This document shows positions 11,499-21,613 of a stretch of 44,942 nucleotides of DNA, piece by piece. Below the pieces are notes generated by a model. That model did not search any database. It saw only the letters and a program-made list of their open reading frames with translations, and had not been told where the DNA came from. The DNA is from Aquificaceae bacterium (lineage in GTDB: Bacteria; Aquificota; Aquificia; Aquificales; Aquificaceae), in contig JBCNVD010000020.1 in the NCBI GenBank assembly GCA_039630345.1, forward strand, positions 1-44,942, in the 5' to 3' direction. The position numbers and the translations under genes are program-made. Every line of letters begins with the position of its first letter. Positions within the stretch are counted from its first letter, which is position 1.

Positions 11499-12325
11499 TA
11501 AACCATAAGAGGATATTGATAAATTCCCTCAAAGCTTCCTTCAAGCAATGTTTTCAAAAATCCTTTTCTCTCTTCAAGATAGAAAACCCTTGCTTTTGGA
11601 GAGCGCGAAAGAGCGCGGGCTTTCTCAACAGCGTCTTGCATATTTCCAAGCTCGTCAACAAGACCAACCTGCAACGCAGCTTCTCCCGTTAAAACCCTGC
11701 CATCTGCAATGCTTCTTAGCTTCTCTTCACTGATTTTTTTAGAGCGGTATTTAAGTATCGCCTTTAAAAACTGCTCGTAAACCTCGCCAACCATATTTTG
11801 CAAATACTCGCGTTCGCGCTCAGACAGGTCTTTAAAAGGCGAAAGAGTATCTTTAAATTCACCTGTTTTAATTGTATCTGTCTTTATACCAACTTTTCCA
11901 AAGAGTTCTCTCAGGTCTGTGTGCTGAATTATCACCCCTATACTGCCGGTTATTGTACCCGGGTTTGCAAATATAAAGTCCGCCGGTGCGCTTATATAAT
12001 ATCCACCAGATGCAGCGACATTGCCCATCGAAACCACGAGAGGTTTGCCTGAGTTTTTGAGCTTCTCCAGAGCTCTGTAAATTTCCTGAGATGCACCTAC
12101 AGAGCCACCGGGGCTATCCACTCTCAAAACAAGAGCCTTGACACTCTGGTCTTTTTCAGCCTGCTCTATCCTTGCGACTATTCTGTCTGGCTCAACTATG
12201 GGACCTTTAACCCTAATTACTGCTATTCTTTCTCCTACCGGGATATTTGCCAAAACGCGCCCAAACACGGCAATAAAAACTCCTGCTAAAAAGAGGAAAA
12301 AGCTAAATTTAATTAGCTTTCTCAT
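11483..12325 (-). CDS. sppA: Signal peptide peptidase SppA (S49, 36K type)
   Basis: 'DSPGGSV', 'AASGGYY', 'TGSIGV'; N-terminal transmembrane segment. Confidence 0.95.
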   Translation of the reverse strand: MRKLIKFSFFLFLAGVFIAVFGRVLANIPVGERIAVIRVKGPIVEPDRIVARIEQAEKDQSVKALVLRVDSPGGSVGASQEIYRALEKLKNSGKPLVVSMGNVAASGGYYISAPADFIFANPGTITGSIGVIIQHTDLRELFGKVGIKTDTIKTGEFKDTLSPFKDLSEREREYLQNMVGEVYEQFLKAILKYRSKKISEEKLRSIADGRVLTGEAALQVGLVDELGNMQDAVEKARALSRSPKARVFYLEERKGFLKTLLEGSFEGIYQYPLMVYYLLR

Positions 12326-13118
12326 CCTTGGGCTTTATATATATTAACGCAATAAAACCTATAGATGCAAACACCATTATCAAACTGACAATCTGATTCC
12401 ATGTAAGTCCATAAAGAATTGGCGGGGTTACACCTCTGAAAAATTCCAGAAAGAACCTGAGAAACCCATACAGAAACATATAAAGAGCAAAAACAGTGCC
12501 TTCTCTTGGTCTTAGCTTTAAATAAACTGTCAGGAGAAACCCAAACACTATCATAAGCCCGATAAATTCCATTAGCTGTGTTGGATAGAGAGGGATATGC
12601 GAAGGGGCAGAGCCCCCTGCGGGAAAAACCACATAAAAGAAAGGAAATCTATCCGAAAGATACAAACCCGGCGAAATATTCCCTATGGGGAAGGGCTTTC
12701 CATAGCAACATCCGGCGGCGGTGCAACCAAGCCTACCAATTGCATGACCGAGAGTTAGGGATACCATAGCTATATCCGCAGTCTTGTTAAGTGGAAGTTT
12801 ATAAATCAAAATCCCCAAAAGAGCTCCAAGGATTCCCGCTCCCAGTCCCCCAAAGAAGCTCATACCCCCCTTCCACACGGCGAAAATATCAAAAAAACCA
12901 CCAATTGATTCAGGATGCTCGATAATATAAGCTATCCTTGCTCCAAAAATACCCATAAAAAGAGCTATAAGAAAAGTATTCTCTATTTTTTCAGGGCTTA
13001 TTCCCTGCCTTTTGGCTAAATTAAGACTCAGATAATAAGAAGCAAAAGCTCCTAATGCTACCAAAACCCCGTAAGTATAGACCTTTATGCCAAAAATTTC
13101 AAAAAGAACCGGAAACAT
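12309..13118 (-). CDS. lgt: Prolipoprotein diacylglyceryl transferase
   Basis: 'GARIAY', 'GGMSFFGG', 'GRLGC...GCCYG', 'YPTQL', 'RFFLEFFR'. Confidence 0.95.
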   Translation of the reverse strand: MFPVLFEIFGIKVYTYGVLVALGAFASYYLSLNLAKRQGISPEKIENTFLIALFMGIFGARIAYIIEHPESIGGFFDIFAVWKGGMSFFGGLGAGILGALLGILIYKLPLNKTADIAMVSLTLGHAIGRLGCTAAGCCYGKPFPIGNISPGLYLSDRFPFFYVVFPAGGSAPSHIPLYPTQLMEFIGLMIVFGFLLTVYLKLRPREGTVFALYMFLYGFLRFFLEFFRGVTPPILYGLTWNQIVSLIMVFASIGFIALIYIKPKDEKAN

Positions 13119-13656
13119 CCAAGCTCTCTATAATCATAACTGCGTCTCTTCCTGCAAACTTAACCCTTATTGCCCCGGCTCTTCCCTGAACCCAGTTTAG
13201 ATAATCCACCCTCAGATGCTCCTCTCGATTTTCGTTAACAAGTCTCAAAGTCTTTGGTCTTGAGTTTTCAAATATTACTATTTTCTCAAACGAGCCTTCG
13301 GCTCCTCTAAAGACGGTCTGCCCATGGCTACAACTCACCTTTTCACTTCCATTCAAAACGCTGGCAAATATCAGCCCATCCACAGAAACAGGCAAGGCAA
13401 AACACACTAACCCAAAGCAAAAGCCCTGACTATCTAACTTTACTTCTCTCCCCTGAGCTCTAACTGATATCCCTTCCTGAGACTTTTTCAGCTCCAGAGG
13501 TATTAAGAAAACCCCCTCTCTCAGAGAGAGCTTTGCGCTATAAGCCCTTGGGGCTTTTGATACGCTAAAGTTTTCTTTTATAACATTTTCGTCCCCACAC
13601 TGAAAAAGCGGGGCACAGGAGCTTATTAAAATAAGCAGTAAAACAACCAAAGCCAC
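13099..13656 (-). CDS. Hypothetical lipoprotein
   Basis: Hydrophobic N-terminus with lipobox-like ISSC; fills the gap between uvrC and lgt on the same strand. Confidence 0.65.
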   Translation of the reverse strand: MALVVLLLILISSCAPLFQCGDENVIKENFSVSKAPRAYSAKLSLREGVFLIPLELKKSQEGISVRAQGREVKLDSQGFCFGLVCFALPVSVDGLIFASVLNGSEKVSCSHGQTVFRGAEGSFEKIVIFENSRPKTLRLVNENREEHLRVDYLNWVQGRAGAIRVKFAGRDAVMIIESLDVSGSF

Positions 13657-13661
13657 AGGGT

Positions 13662-15353
13662 TTATTCTACCCCAAGAGCCTGTTTTATAGCCAGCTTTAT
13701 CTCAGGCTTTAGACCTATTCTTAGCAGGAATTCATCTTCAGCACTCAGCAGTTCATAAAGGTTTTTGAAATTTCTGTAAATGAGCTCTTTTCTGGCCGGA
13801 CCTATACCTTTTATACTCTCTAAAGTATCTTTCATGGCATCTTTATCTCTTAAAGCTCTGGCGTAAGTGAGGGCAAATCTATGGGCCTCGTCTCTTATCA
13901 GCCCAAAGACTCTATAAAGCGCCTGATGCTCCCTAAGGGGAACTTCTTCCCCGCTTTCAGAAATTAAAATCTCCTGGGCTTTTGCAAGACTGTAAACTCT
14001 CAAAGGCAGGCTAAACTCTCTCTTTACCTCAAGCGCCACAGAGAGCTGACCGCGCCCACCATCTATTAGCCAGATATCAGGCATTAGAAACTCGTCTGTT
14101 TCGATAAGGCGTCTTGCTCTCCTTTTTAAAACCTCTCTTAAGGATGCATAATCATCTACCTGATTGACCGTTTTTATTCTGTAGCGTCTATATAGTCTCT
14201 TAACCATAGAGCCATCTTCCCAAACGACGCAAGAGCCAACAGTATAATCTCCGTAAAAATGCGATATATCAAAACCCTCTATTCTGTTCGGGGCTTCAAT
14301 CCCAAGAACGCTTCTAAACTCCTCTTTGGTGCTTTGATAATCAAGGCTATAACGCATATTCTCCTCTATTAGCTTTAAAAGTCCGCTATCAAGAGTGTTC
14401 ATAAATTCAAATTTGCCCCTATTTTTTAACCACTCTATGGCCTCTTTGGATATTTCAAAGTTAAGAAAAACCACCGAAGGCAACGGGTTATTGTAATAAA
14501 AGCCAAGCAAAGTCTCTTCTATATCGCTTTTGGTTTCTATTGTAAAGATTTCTTTATCCACAAGTTTTCTGGTTCTTATAAGAAATACCCCTAAACTTTT
14601 CCCGGATAGGTAAAATATATCAGCATCATCAATGGCTAACCCTGCGACGCTCTGGGCTCTACCCAGGTTTTCAAGAGACATAATCTGGTCTCTATAAAGC
14701 GCACAGCGCTCGTAATTTAACCTTTCCATCTCGATTGAGATTTTTTCATAAAGCTGGGAAAGAACCTCGCCAACATCCCCAGACAGCAACGCAGAGCAGG
14801 CTCTTACAGAAAGCTCATAGTCCTGTTTTGAAATAAGTCCAGCACATGGTCCTGAACACAGTCCCAGATGGTAGTCAATGCATGGCTCTGGACGCTCTGG
14901 CATAGGGTCGCAGGTTCTTAATCTAAATTGTTTATGAATCAGTTTTTTTACCCTCCAGGCCTTGGAGGCGTTAAAAAAAGGTCCAAATAGCTTGCCACTA
15001 TGTGATATCCCGCGAACTACTTTTATAGTTGGAAAGCTATCTTCAGTCAAAAGCAGCAAAGGATATCCGCTTCCGTGACGATGCATTACATTGTATCTTG
15101 GTTTATGAAGCTGGATAAGGTCTACCTCAAGAGTCAAAGCCTCGTATTCGTTTCTTGTGACAAACCACTCTACGCTGGATGAATTTGACACTATGGCATG
15201 CTCTTTTGAGTTTTTGTCCATCAACTTTATATGCTGGATAAGTCTTTCTCTGAGGTTGATTGCCTTTCCTATGTAGATTGGCTTTTTACCACTTAAAAAG
15301 ATATAAACCCCTGGCTTTTCGGGAGCTTTCTGAACGCTTTCTAAATCAATCAT
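13662..15353 (-). CDS. uvrC: Excinuclease ABC subunit C
   Basis: GIY-YIG 'PGVYIF...IYIGKA', 'RIEGFDISH', 'IDGGRGQL', 'RDEAHRFA', HhH 'IKGIGP'. Confidence 0.97.
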   Translation of the reverse strand: MIDLESVQKAPEKPGVYIFLSGKKPIYIGKAINLRERLIQHIKLMDKNSKEHAIVSNSSSVEWFVTRNEYEALTLEVDLIQLHKPRYNVMHRHGSGYPLLLLTEDSFPTIKVVRGISHSGKLFGPFFNASKAWRVKKLIHKQFRLRTCDPMPERPEPCIDYHLGLCSGPCAGLISKQDYELSVRACSALLSGDVGEVLSQLYEKISIEMERLNYERCALYRDQIMSLENLGRAQSVAGLAIDDADIFYLSGKSLGVFLIRTRKLVDKEIFTIETKSDIEETLLGFYYNNPLPSVVFLNFEISKEAIEWLKNRGKFEFMNTLDSGLLKLIEENMRYSLDYQSTKEEFRSVLGIEAPNRIEGFDISHFYGDYTVGSCVVWEDGSMVKRLYRRYRIKTVNQVDDYASLREVLKRRARRLIETDEFLMPDIWLIDGGRGQLSVALEVKREFSLPLRVYSLAKAQEILISESGEEVPLREHQALYRVFGLIRDEAHRFALTYARALRDKDAMKDTLESIKGIGPARKELIYRNFKNLYELLSAEDEFLLRIGLKPEIKLAIKQALGVE

Positions 15354-15919
15354 AATTTAACATTGCAAATATTTAAACTCTCGTCAATACCCCTTTCCAA
15401 AATAGAGAGAACGCAAAGAACAGAGCTTGCTATGACCCTATCGCAAAGTTCTATCTCGTGATCGTTAAATTCCGAAAGCACATAGCTATTTACATCCTCT
15501 TTTCTTTGAGGTCTTGATATACCTATTTTCAGCCTTGCAAAGCTCTGAGTTTTTATCTCTTTAATGATTGACTCAATTCCCCTATGACCCCCACTGCTAC
15601 CTTCTAACCTAAGGCGCAACTTCCCCAAAGGAAGATCAAGGTCATCGTAAACTACAAGCAAGTTCTCCGGACCAAGCTCGTTATCCTCAAGCAAGTTAAC
15701 AAGAGCAAGCCCCGAGTTATTCATATATGTCTGGGGCTTTGCAAGCAAAATGTCTCTTCCTGCTAACCTTGCTCTGTAAACACAGCTCAAACTCTCTATC
15801 TTGCAGTCTTTTAACCTGAGCCTTTTTGCAATCCCATCAACGACCATAAACCCGACATTATGGCGGGTTTTTTCGTATCGTTTGCCCGGGTTTCCAAGAC
15901 CCAGGACTAGATTTATCAT
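15350..15919 (-). CDS. pth: Peptidyl-tRNA hydrolase
   Basis: 'GLGNPG..YEKTRHNVGF', 'KPQTYMNNSG', 'YDDLDL', 'GGHRG'. Confidence 0.97.
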   Translation of the reverse strand: MINLVLGLGNPGKRYEKTRHNVGFMVVDGIAKRLRLKDCKIESLSCVYRARLAGRDILLAKPQTYMNNSGLALVNLLEDNELGPENLLVVYDDLDLPLGKLRLRLEGSSGGHRGIESIIKEIKTQSFARLKIGISRPQRKEDVNSYVLSEFNDHEIELCDRVIASSVLCVLSILERGIDESLNICNVKL

Positions 15920-16485
15920 TCACCCTCTTGGGATTGCTCCGACTCTGGCTCTAACACCACGGCTATTGTATCTTCAGGAGAGTTCATTATCCTGCAACCT
16001 GCAGGGGGGGTGATGTCTCTGATATGCAAAGCGTCACCAAGACCCATCTTGCTTACATCCACCACTATCTTTTCAGGTATTGCAGATATGTCCGCTCTGA
16101 TAGTAAGAGTTTTCATAAGCACCTCAAATGTCCCCCCAAGACCAACACCGGCGGGGGTTCCAGAGAACTCAATAGGCACTTCCAGGTCTATCTGCTTAAG
16201 ATGCGAAATATCCTGCAAATCAATGTGGAGGACATTATCCCCAAGCCAGCCTGTCTGTATGCTCTTTAAAACGCATAACCTGGTCTGGTCATCTATGGTG
16301 ACCTTTATGAGCATGGTTTCGCCTATGGGGAGGGTTCTTAAGTCCTTGATACTGACAAAGGCATGGAGGTTTTCACAGTCTTTGCCATAAATCTCAACAG
16401 GCACAAACCCTTCAGCCCTTTTTTTTCTGAGCTCTCCTTTGGTTGAGATGTCTCTCTTGATAAGTGTTAGCTCTATCTGTCTCAT
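15916..16485 (-). CDS. rplY: 50S ribosomal protein L25/Ctc (long form)
   Basis: 'GFVPVEIYG', 'LHIDL', 'GTPAGVGLGG'; conserved prs-rplY-pth synteny. Confidence 0.93.
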   Translation of the reverse strand: MRQIELTLIKRDISTKGELRKKRAEGFVPVEIYGKDCENLHAFVSIKDLRTLPIGETMLIKVTIDDQTRLCVLKSIQTGWLGDNVLHIDLQDISHLKQIDLEVPIEFSGTPAGVGLGGTFEVLMKTLTIRADISAIPEKIVVDVSKMGLGDALHIRDITPPAGCRIMNSPEDTIAVVLEPESEQSQEGE

Positions 16486-16497
16486 GGCTTGCTCCTT

Positions 16498-17433
16498 TCA
16501 TACAAAAAGAGAACTTATAGAAGAGCCCTCGTGCGCACGCCTGATGGCTTCTGCTATAAGAGGCGCGACCGAGACGACTCTTAGTTTTTCAAAGCCCTTA
16601 CCTTCAAGGGAAAGGGTATTTGTTACAACTACCTCTTCAACGCTGCAGGACATGAGCCTTTCAATCGCAGGACCCGAAAACACCCCGTGCGTTGCGGCTA
16701 CAAGAACCCTTTTTGCGCCTTTTGCAGTCAGCAAGTTAGAAGCTGCGACCACCGTCCCTGCAGTATCAATAATATCATCCACTATAACGGCAGTTTTTAA
16801 AGAGACATCGCCTATTATATCAAGGACTTCCGTTACATTTGGCTCAGGTCTTCTTTTGTAAATTATCGCAATTCCACAGCCAAGTCTGTTTGCAAGAAGT
16901 CTTGCTCTCTCTACCCCCCCTGCATCCGGGGAGACGACCACAACATCTTCTCCTACCCTTTCTCTGATATACTGATACAGATAACTCATAGCATAGAGAT
17001 TGTCGACAGGGATGTTGAAAAAGCCCTGTATCTGGGGCGAGTGCAAATCAACAACTATCACCCTCTGGGCACCGGCCACGGTTATGAGGTCTGCTATGAG
17101 CCTTGCGCTTATTGGCACTCTTGGTCTGTCTTTTCTATCCTGTCTGGCATAGGCATAATAGGGTATAACAGCGGTTATCCTGCCTGCGGAAGCACGCTTT
17201 AGAGCATCCAAAAGCAAAAGCAGTTCCATTATGCTCTCGTTAACGGGGCTTGAGAGCGACTGTATGACAAAGACATCCTCTCCGCGCATGGACTCGTTTA
17301 TTGATATATGAACTTCCCCGTCGCTGAATCTACCAACTAGAGCGTCTGATATGGGAACTCCCAGAGACTCAGAGACCTCTCTTGCAAGAACTCTATTGCT
17401 ACTGCCGGTTATTAGCTTTATAGAACCCGTCAT
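16498..17433 (-). CDS. prs: Ribose-phosphate pyrophosphokinase
   Basis: 'FSDGE', 'YARQDRK', 'VSPDAGG', 'DDIIDTAGT'. Confidence 0.98.
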   Translation of the reverse strand: MTGSIKLITGSSNRVLAREVSESLGVPISDALVGRFSDGEVHISINESMRGEDVFVIQSLSSPVNESIMELLLLLDALKRASAGRITAVIPYYAYARQDRKDRPRVPISARLIADLITVAGAQRVIVVDLHSPQIQGFFNIPVDNLYAMSYLYQYIRERVGEDVVVVSPDAGGVERARLLANRLGCGIAIIYKRRPEPNVTEVLDIIGDVSLKTAVIVDDIIDTAGTVVAASNLLTAKGAKRVLVAATHGVFSGPAIERLMSCSVEEVVVTNTLSLEGKGFEKLRVVSVAPLIAEAIRRAHEGSSISSLFV

Positions 17434-17457
17434 TTATGCTCCTTTTAGAGTTTTGAG

Positions 17458-17530
17458 CTGGGGTGCCTGGATTCGAACCAGGAACCCTCGGATCCAAAAT
17501 CCGATGCTCTGCCAGTTGAGCTACACCCCA
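17458..17530 (-). tRNA. tRNA-Gln (TTG); CCA not encoded
   Basis: TGGGGTG/CACCCCA acceptor stem (U1-A72), D-arm GCTC/GAGC, anticodon arm TCGGA-TTTTGGA-TCCGA, T-loop TTCGAAT; usual ispE-tRNAGln-prs location. Confidence 0.96.
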
Positions 17531-18330
17531 TAGCTCTCAACTCTATAAATCCTCCAGCCTCTTAAACTGCATATAATTCTTAGCTTCTCAAGAGGCTCTC
17601 CGGCATAATAAACGCAGGCTCCGCTTCCGCTAAGCTGAGCCTCAATCCCCAGCGCCCTTAAATACCTCAAAACCTCGCCCACCTCGGGATAGAGCTCACA
17701 CGCAGGGCGCTCAAGGGCATTATAAAGCCTATTTAACTCACCTTTTCTTAAGCAATCTATGATTGTATTGCTATCTGGTATTTTTGTCAACCACTCTGGC
17801 CTAAGGGCTGAATAAACTCTTAAAGAGCTCGCTTGTAAATTCGGGCAAATTATGGTAAAGGTCATCTTAGGTAGCTGAATTTCTCTGATGATATCTCCTC
17901 TGCCCTCGCCGATTGCGGAAGAACCAAAGAAGAAAAACGGCGCATCAGAAGACACTGCCGAAGCTATCTTCAAAAGCTGTGATCTCTCAAGGGGTTTGCC
18001 AAGAAGATCATTTACGCAATTTAAAACGCTCGCAACATTCGAAGAGCCACCGCCTAGCCCTGAGCCAACAGGGATGTTTTTTTCAATATAGACCTCAAAC
18101 TCTGGCAAAAACCCAAGCTCTTTTGACATAAGCATCAGGGCTTTATAAACCAGGTTTTTCTCCATCGGGATTCTTAGACTGGTCTCTACCAGAAACCTGC
18201 CCTTTCGGATATAAATAAAGTCAAACAGAGAAACCTTATGATAAAGGGTAAAAATCTCGTGATAGCCATCAAAACGCCTCTTTAAGACCCAGAGCCCTAA
18301 ATTCAGCTTGGCAGGGGACAAAACAACCAT
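17521..18330 (-). CDS. ispE: 4-(cytidine 5'-diphospho)-2-C-methyl-D-erythritol kinase
   Basis: 'PAKLNLGL', 'DGYHEI', GHMP 'PVGSGLGGGSS', 'LSGSGAC'. Confidence 0.96.
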   Translation of the reverse strand: MVVLSPAKLNLGLWVLKRRFDGYHEIFTLYHKVSLFDFIYIRKGRFLVETSLRIPMEKNLVYKALMLMSKELGFLPEFEVYIEKNIPVGSGLGGGSSNVASVLNCVNDLLGKPLERSQLLKIASAVSSDAPFFFFGSSAIGEGRGDIIREIQLPKMTFTIICPNLQASSLRVYSALRPEWLTKIPDSNTIIDCLRKGELNRLYNALERPACELYPEVGEVLRYLRALGIEAQLSGSGACVYYAGEPLEKLRIICSLRGWRIYRVESYGV

Positions 18331-18426
18331 CTCTAAAAATTATTAAACAAAACGCGCCTTCGGCGCATTATATTCTTTAAGTAAAAAAAGTTTAGCATGC
18401 TTGACTAATATTTTGGTAGCAACCTC

Positions 18427-18455
18427 TTGACAGGTCAGCGGGATGTTTATATAAT
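18427..18455 (+). promoter_or_regulatory. Sigma70-type promoter of groESL
   Basis: Perfect TTGACA (18427-18432), 17 bp spacer, TATAAT (18450-18455); AAGGAGG RBS before groES. Confidence 0.88.
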
Positions 18456-18487
18456 TGTGATTAAAATACCGAGCAAGGAGGTTTGTC

Positions 18488-18781
18488 ATGGCAAAGCTAA
18501 GACCACTTAATGACAAGATAGTGGTCAGACGCATCGAGGAGCAAGAGCAACGCACTGCCTCTGGGATTATTATCCCTGATACCGCAAAAGAAAAGCCTCA
18601 GGTAGGTGAGGTTATAGCAGTAGGGACTGGCAAACTTCTCCAGAACGGTCAAAGAATTGACCTTTCGGTCAAAGTAGGTGACAAGGTTGTTTTTAACAAG
18701 TATGCAGGCACCGAGGTAGAAGTAGGCGGTGAGAAGCTCCTTGTTATGTCCGAGGACGAAGTCCTCGCAATAGTAGAGTAA
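18488..18781 (+). CDS. groES: Co-chaperonin GroES
   Basis: '[10 protein letters not shown]', '[16 protein letters not shown]', 'KYAGTEV'. Confidence 0.98.
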   Translation: MAKLRPLNDKIVVRRIEEQEQRTASGIIIPDTAKEKPQVGEVIAVGTGKLLQNGQRIDLSVKVGDKVVFNKYAGTEVEVGGEKLLVMSEDEVLAIVE

Positions 18782-18803
18782 AAAACCTCAAGGAGGTATA
18801 GCT

Positions 18804-20444
18804 ATGGGCGCAAAAAAAGTCGTCTACGGCGAGGAGGCAAGAGCTCGCCTAAAAGCCGGCGTTGACAAGCTGGCAAACGCAGTTAAAGTAACGCTCGGAC
18901 CTAAAGGTCGCGAGGTAGTCATCGAGAAAAAGTGGGGCTCTCCCTTGGTTACCAAAGACGGTGTAACGGTTGCCAAAGAGATTGAGCTCAAAGACCCTTA
19001 TGAAAACATGGGAGCCCAGCTCGTTAGAGAAGTAGCTTCCAAAACCGCCGACGTTGCAGGTGATGGCACCACCACCGCAACAGTTCTTGCACAGGCAATT
19101 TTCAACGACGGTCTTAAATCCATAGCCTCCGGTGCCAACCCAATGGATATAAAGCGCGGTATTGACAAGGCGGTTGCTCTGGTTGTTGAAAAGATTAAAG
19201 AGCTCTCAACCCCGGTTCGCGGAAACGAGGATATAGAACAGGTTGCTACAATTTCTGCAAACAACGACCCTGAGATTGGTAAAATCATCGCAGAGGCAAT
19301 GGAAAAGGTCGGCAAAGATGGTGTAATCACAGTAGAAGAGTCCAAGTCCGCACAAACTACTCTTGAGACAGTTCAGGGTATGCAATTTGACAGGGGTTAT
19401 CTATCACCTTACTTTGTTAACAACCCTGACCGTATGGAAGCGGTTTTGGAAGACCCTTATATTTTAGTTTACGAGAAGAAAATCTCAAACGTAAAAGACC
19501 TTTTGCCACTTCTTGAGCAGGTAGTAAGAGCAGGAAGACCACTGCTTATAATAGCCGAGGATGTTGAGGCAGAAGCTCTTGCAACGCTTGTGGTTAACCA
19601 CATCAAAGGAGTCATAAAAGCATGCGCCGTTAAAGCGCCTGGCTTTGGTCAAAGAAGAAAAGACTATCTTCAGGATATTGCAACTCTAACTGGCGGAACT
19701 GCCATAACTGAAGAGCTAGGTATCAAACTAGAGAGCGTTGGCCTCAATGACCTTGGACGCGCCGATAAGGTAGTGGTTGACAAAGATAACACAACCATCA
19801 TTGGCGGTAAGGGCTCAAAAGATGCAATCAGCGCCAGAATCGAGCAAATCCGCAAGCAAATTTATGAAACGACCTCAGATTACGATAGGGAAAAGCTCCA
19901 GGAAAGACTTGCAAAACTGGCAGGCGGTGTTGCAATCATAAGAGTCGGTGCAGCGACTGAAGCCGAAGCCAAGGAGAAAAAAGCAAGGGTCGAGGACGCA
20001 GTTCATGCTACCAAGGCTGCGGTCGAGGAAGGTATAGTCCCGGGTGGTGGAGTAGCTCTTGTAAGAGCTTCAGAAGCACTTGATGAGCTAAAACTTGAAA
20101 ACCCGGACCAGCAGGTCGGAGTCAGGATCATCAAAGAAGCTTGCAGGTCTCCTTTGCGTCAAATATCTGCAAACGCAGGCTTTGAAGGCTATGTAGTGCT
20201 TGAAAAGGTTCTCCAGCTTGGCAAAGAAAGGGGCGTTAACTGGGGCTTTGACGCAGCCTCTGGAGACTATTGCGATATGGTTCAGGCAGGCATAATAGAC
20301 CCGACCAAAGTTGTTCGCTCTGCAATTCAAAACGCCGCATCTGTAGCAGGCACGATGCTTACTGCGGAAGCTCTGGTTGCTGAAATTCCAGAGGACAAAA
20401 AGGACAAAGCACCCGCAACACCTGATGTCCCAGACCTTGACTGA
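18804..20444 (+). CDS. groEL: Chaperonin GroEL
   Basis: 'TLGPKGR', 'GDGTTTAT', '[12 protein letters not shown]'. Confidence 0.99.
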   Translation: MGAKKVVYGEEARARLKAGVDKLANAVKVTLGPKGREVVIEKKWGSPLVTKDGVTVAKEIELKDPYENMGAQLVREVASKTADVAGDGTTTATVLAQAIFNDGLKSIASGANPMDIKRGIDKAVALVVEKIKELSTPVRGNEDIEQVATISANNDPEIGKIIAEAMEKVGKDGVITVEESKSAQTTLETVQGMQFDRGYLSPYFVNNPDRMEAVLEDPYILVYEKKISNVKDLLPLLEQVVRAGRPLLIIAEDVEAEALATLVVNHIKGVIKACAVKAPGFGQRRKDYLQDIATLTGGTAITEELGIKLESVGLNDLGRADKVVVDKDNTTIIGGKGSKDAISARIEQIRKQIYETTSDYDREKLQERLAKLAGGVAIIRVGAATEAEAKEKKARVEDAVHATKAAVEEGIVPGGGVALVRASEALDELKLENPDQQVGVRIIKEACRSPLRQISANAGFEGYVVLEKVLQLGKERGVNWGFDAASGDYCDMVQAGIIDPTKVVRSAIQNAASVAGTMLTAEALVAEIPEDKKDKAPATPDVPDLD

Positions 20445-20453
20445 AACTTATCT

Positions 20454-20480
20454 CGCCCCCCTTTCAGGGGGGCGGTTTAT
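20454..20480 (+). terminator. Intrinsic terminator of groESL
   Basis: Stem CGCCCCCCT-TTC-AGGGGGGCG 9 nt after the groEL stop, followed by GTTTAT. Confidence 0.8.
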
Positions 20481-20490
20481 AATATAAAAA

Positions 20491-20898
20491 ATGAAAATAA
20501 ATGTCCAGCTCATAACCCCAAGGGGGATTCATCTATCCAAAGATGTTAACTCCGTAAACATACCAACCCAGGAAGGTGAAATAGGCGTTTTGTATGGTCA
20601 TGTGCCCTTGATATGTCCGCTGTGGCCCGGTCTTGTGTATTTTGACGGCAAAAATGACGAGGGAGTGGTGGTGTCTTACGGTTTTGTGCTCATAGAGGCG
20701 GAAAGAGTTTTGATACTTTCAGAAGAAGCAAAAACGGTTGGAGAAATAGATGTCGGTGCTGAAAAAGAGTTTTTTGATAATGCTATGAAAAAGCTCGCAA
20801 GCGCCTCAGCACTTGAAGAAGTTTTAGAAGCCCAGAGGAGGTTAGAGCGCTCAAGGGTATTTTTGGAGCTAGCGCAAAAGTTTGGTAAGGAAGAGTAG
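20491..20898 (+). CDS. atpC: F1F0 ATP synthase epsilon subunit
   Basis: 'VQLITP', 'PTQEGEIGVLYGHVPLI', 'VSYGFV'; C-terminal helical hairpin. Confidence 0.9.
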   Translation: MKINVQLITPRGIHLSKDVNSVNIPTQEGEIGVLYGHVPLICPLWPGLVYFDGKNDEGVVVSYGFVLIEAERVLILSEEAKTVGEIDVGAEKEFFDNAMKKLASASALEEVLEAQRRLERSRVFLELAQKFGKEE

Positions 20899-21595
20899 CT
20901 TTTTCAATAAAAAGCTGAGGTTTTATCACCCATCTTCATATAGACTTTCAATAGTGGAGATTCTCTTTTGTGATTTTGTAAGGGCTCCCAGAGCCAGATC
21001 AAGGCTATTGGATTTAGGGGCAGGCTTTGGCACTTTGAGTATACTCTGCTCTTTGAAGTTAAAATCCGGCGCGGTCGCCGTTGAAAAAGACAGGCTAATG
21101 ATTGATTTGCTAAATAAAAACATCAGTATAAACTCTCTAAGTAGTCATATTAAGGTAGTTGAATCTGATGTAAGAGAGCCCGAAAGATGGTGCAAAAAAG
21201 GGGCCTTTGACTGTGCAGTTTCTAATCCCCCCTTTTTCAAAAGCGGTAATAGTCCCTATAGAGCTGAAAGCCAGGCTGTGCTTGCGGACTTTGTAAGCTG
21301 TGCAGGGTTTGCTTTAAGAGACGGTGGGTTTTTGAATTTAATGATACCTGCTTTTAGACTATTTGAAGCTTTTGAATATATGAAAGCCAACAATATACAT
21401 CCAAAAGTTGTTAGATTTATGCACCCAAAGGTAGGTTCTCCAGCAAAGGTTGCGTTTGTTCTGGGAGTTAAGAACTTAAAACCCGATGTTTTTTTTGAAA
21501 AACCGTTGATTGTAAATAAAGATAGCGGAGAATATACTCAGGAAGTTCTTCTTTGCATTGAAAGATTTTCTGATATAATAAAAGACTTAAGATGA
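20882..21595 (+). CDS. SAM-dependent methyltransferase, tRNA1(Val) adenine(37)-N6 (YfiC/TrmN6)-like
   Basis: 'LLDLGAGFG' motif I, NPPFF amino-methyltransferase motif, C-terminal 'GEYTQE'. Confidence 0.8.
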   Translation: MVRKSSFFNKKLRFYHPSSYRLSIVEILFCDFVRAPRARSRLLDLGAGFGTLSILCSLKLKSGAVAVEKDRLMIDLLNKNISINSLSSHIKVVESDVREPERWCKKGAFDCAVSNPPFFKSGNSPYRAESQAVLADFVSCAGFALRDGGFLNLMIPAFRLFEAFEYMKANNIHPKVVRFMHPKVGSPAKVAFVLGVKNLKPDVFFEKPLIVNKDSGEYTQEVLLCIERFSDIIKDLR

Positions 21596-21613
21596 GAGCT
21601 CCAGGAGGCTGGA

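Noticed and set aside
20491..20898. Orphan atpC outside an atp operon
   Set aside because: Dispersed ATP synthase genes are known in Aquificaceae
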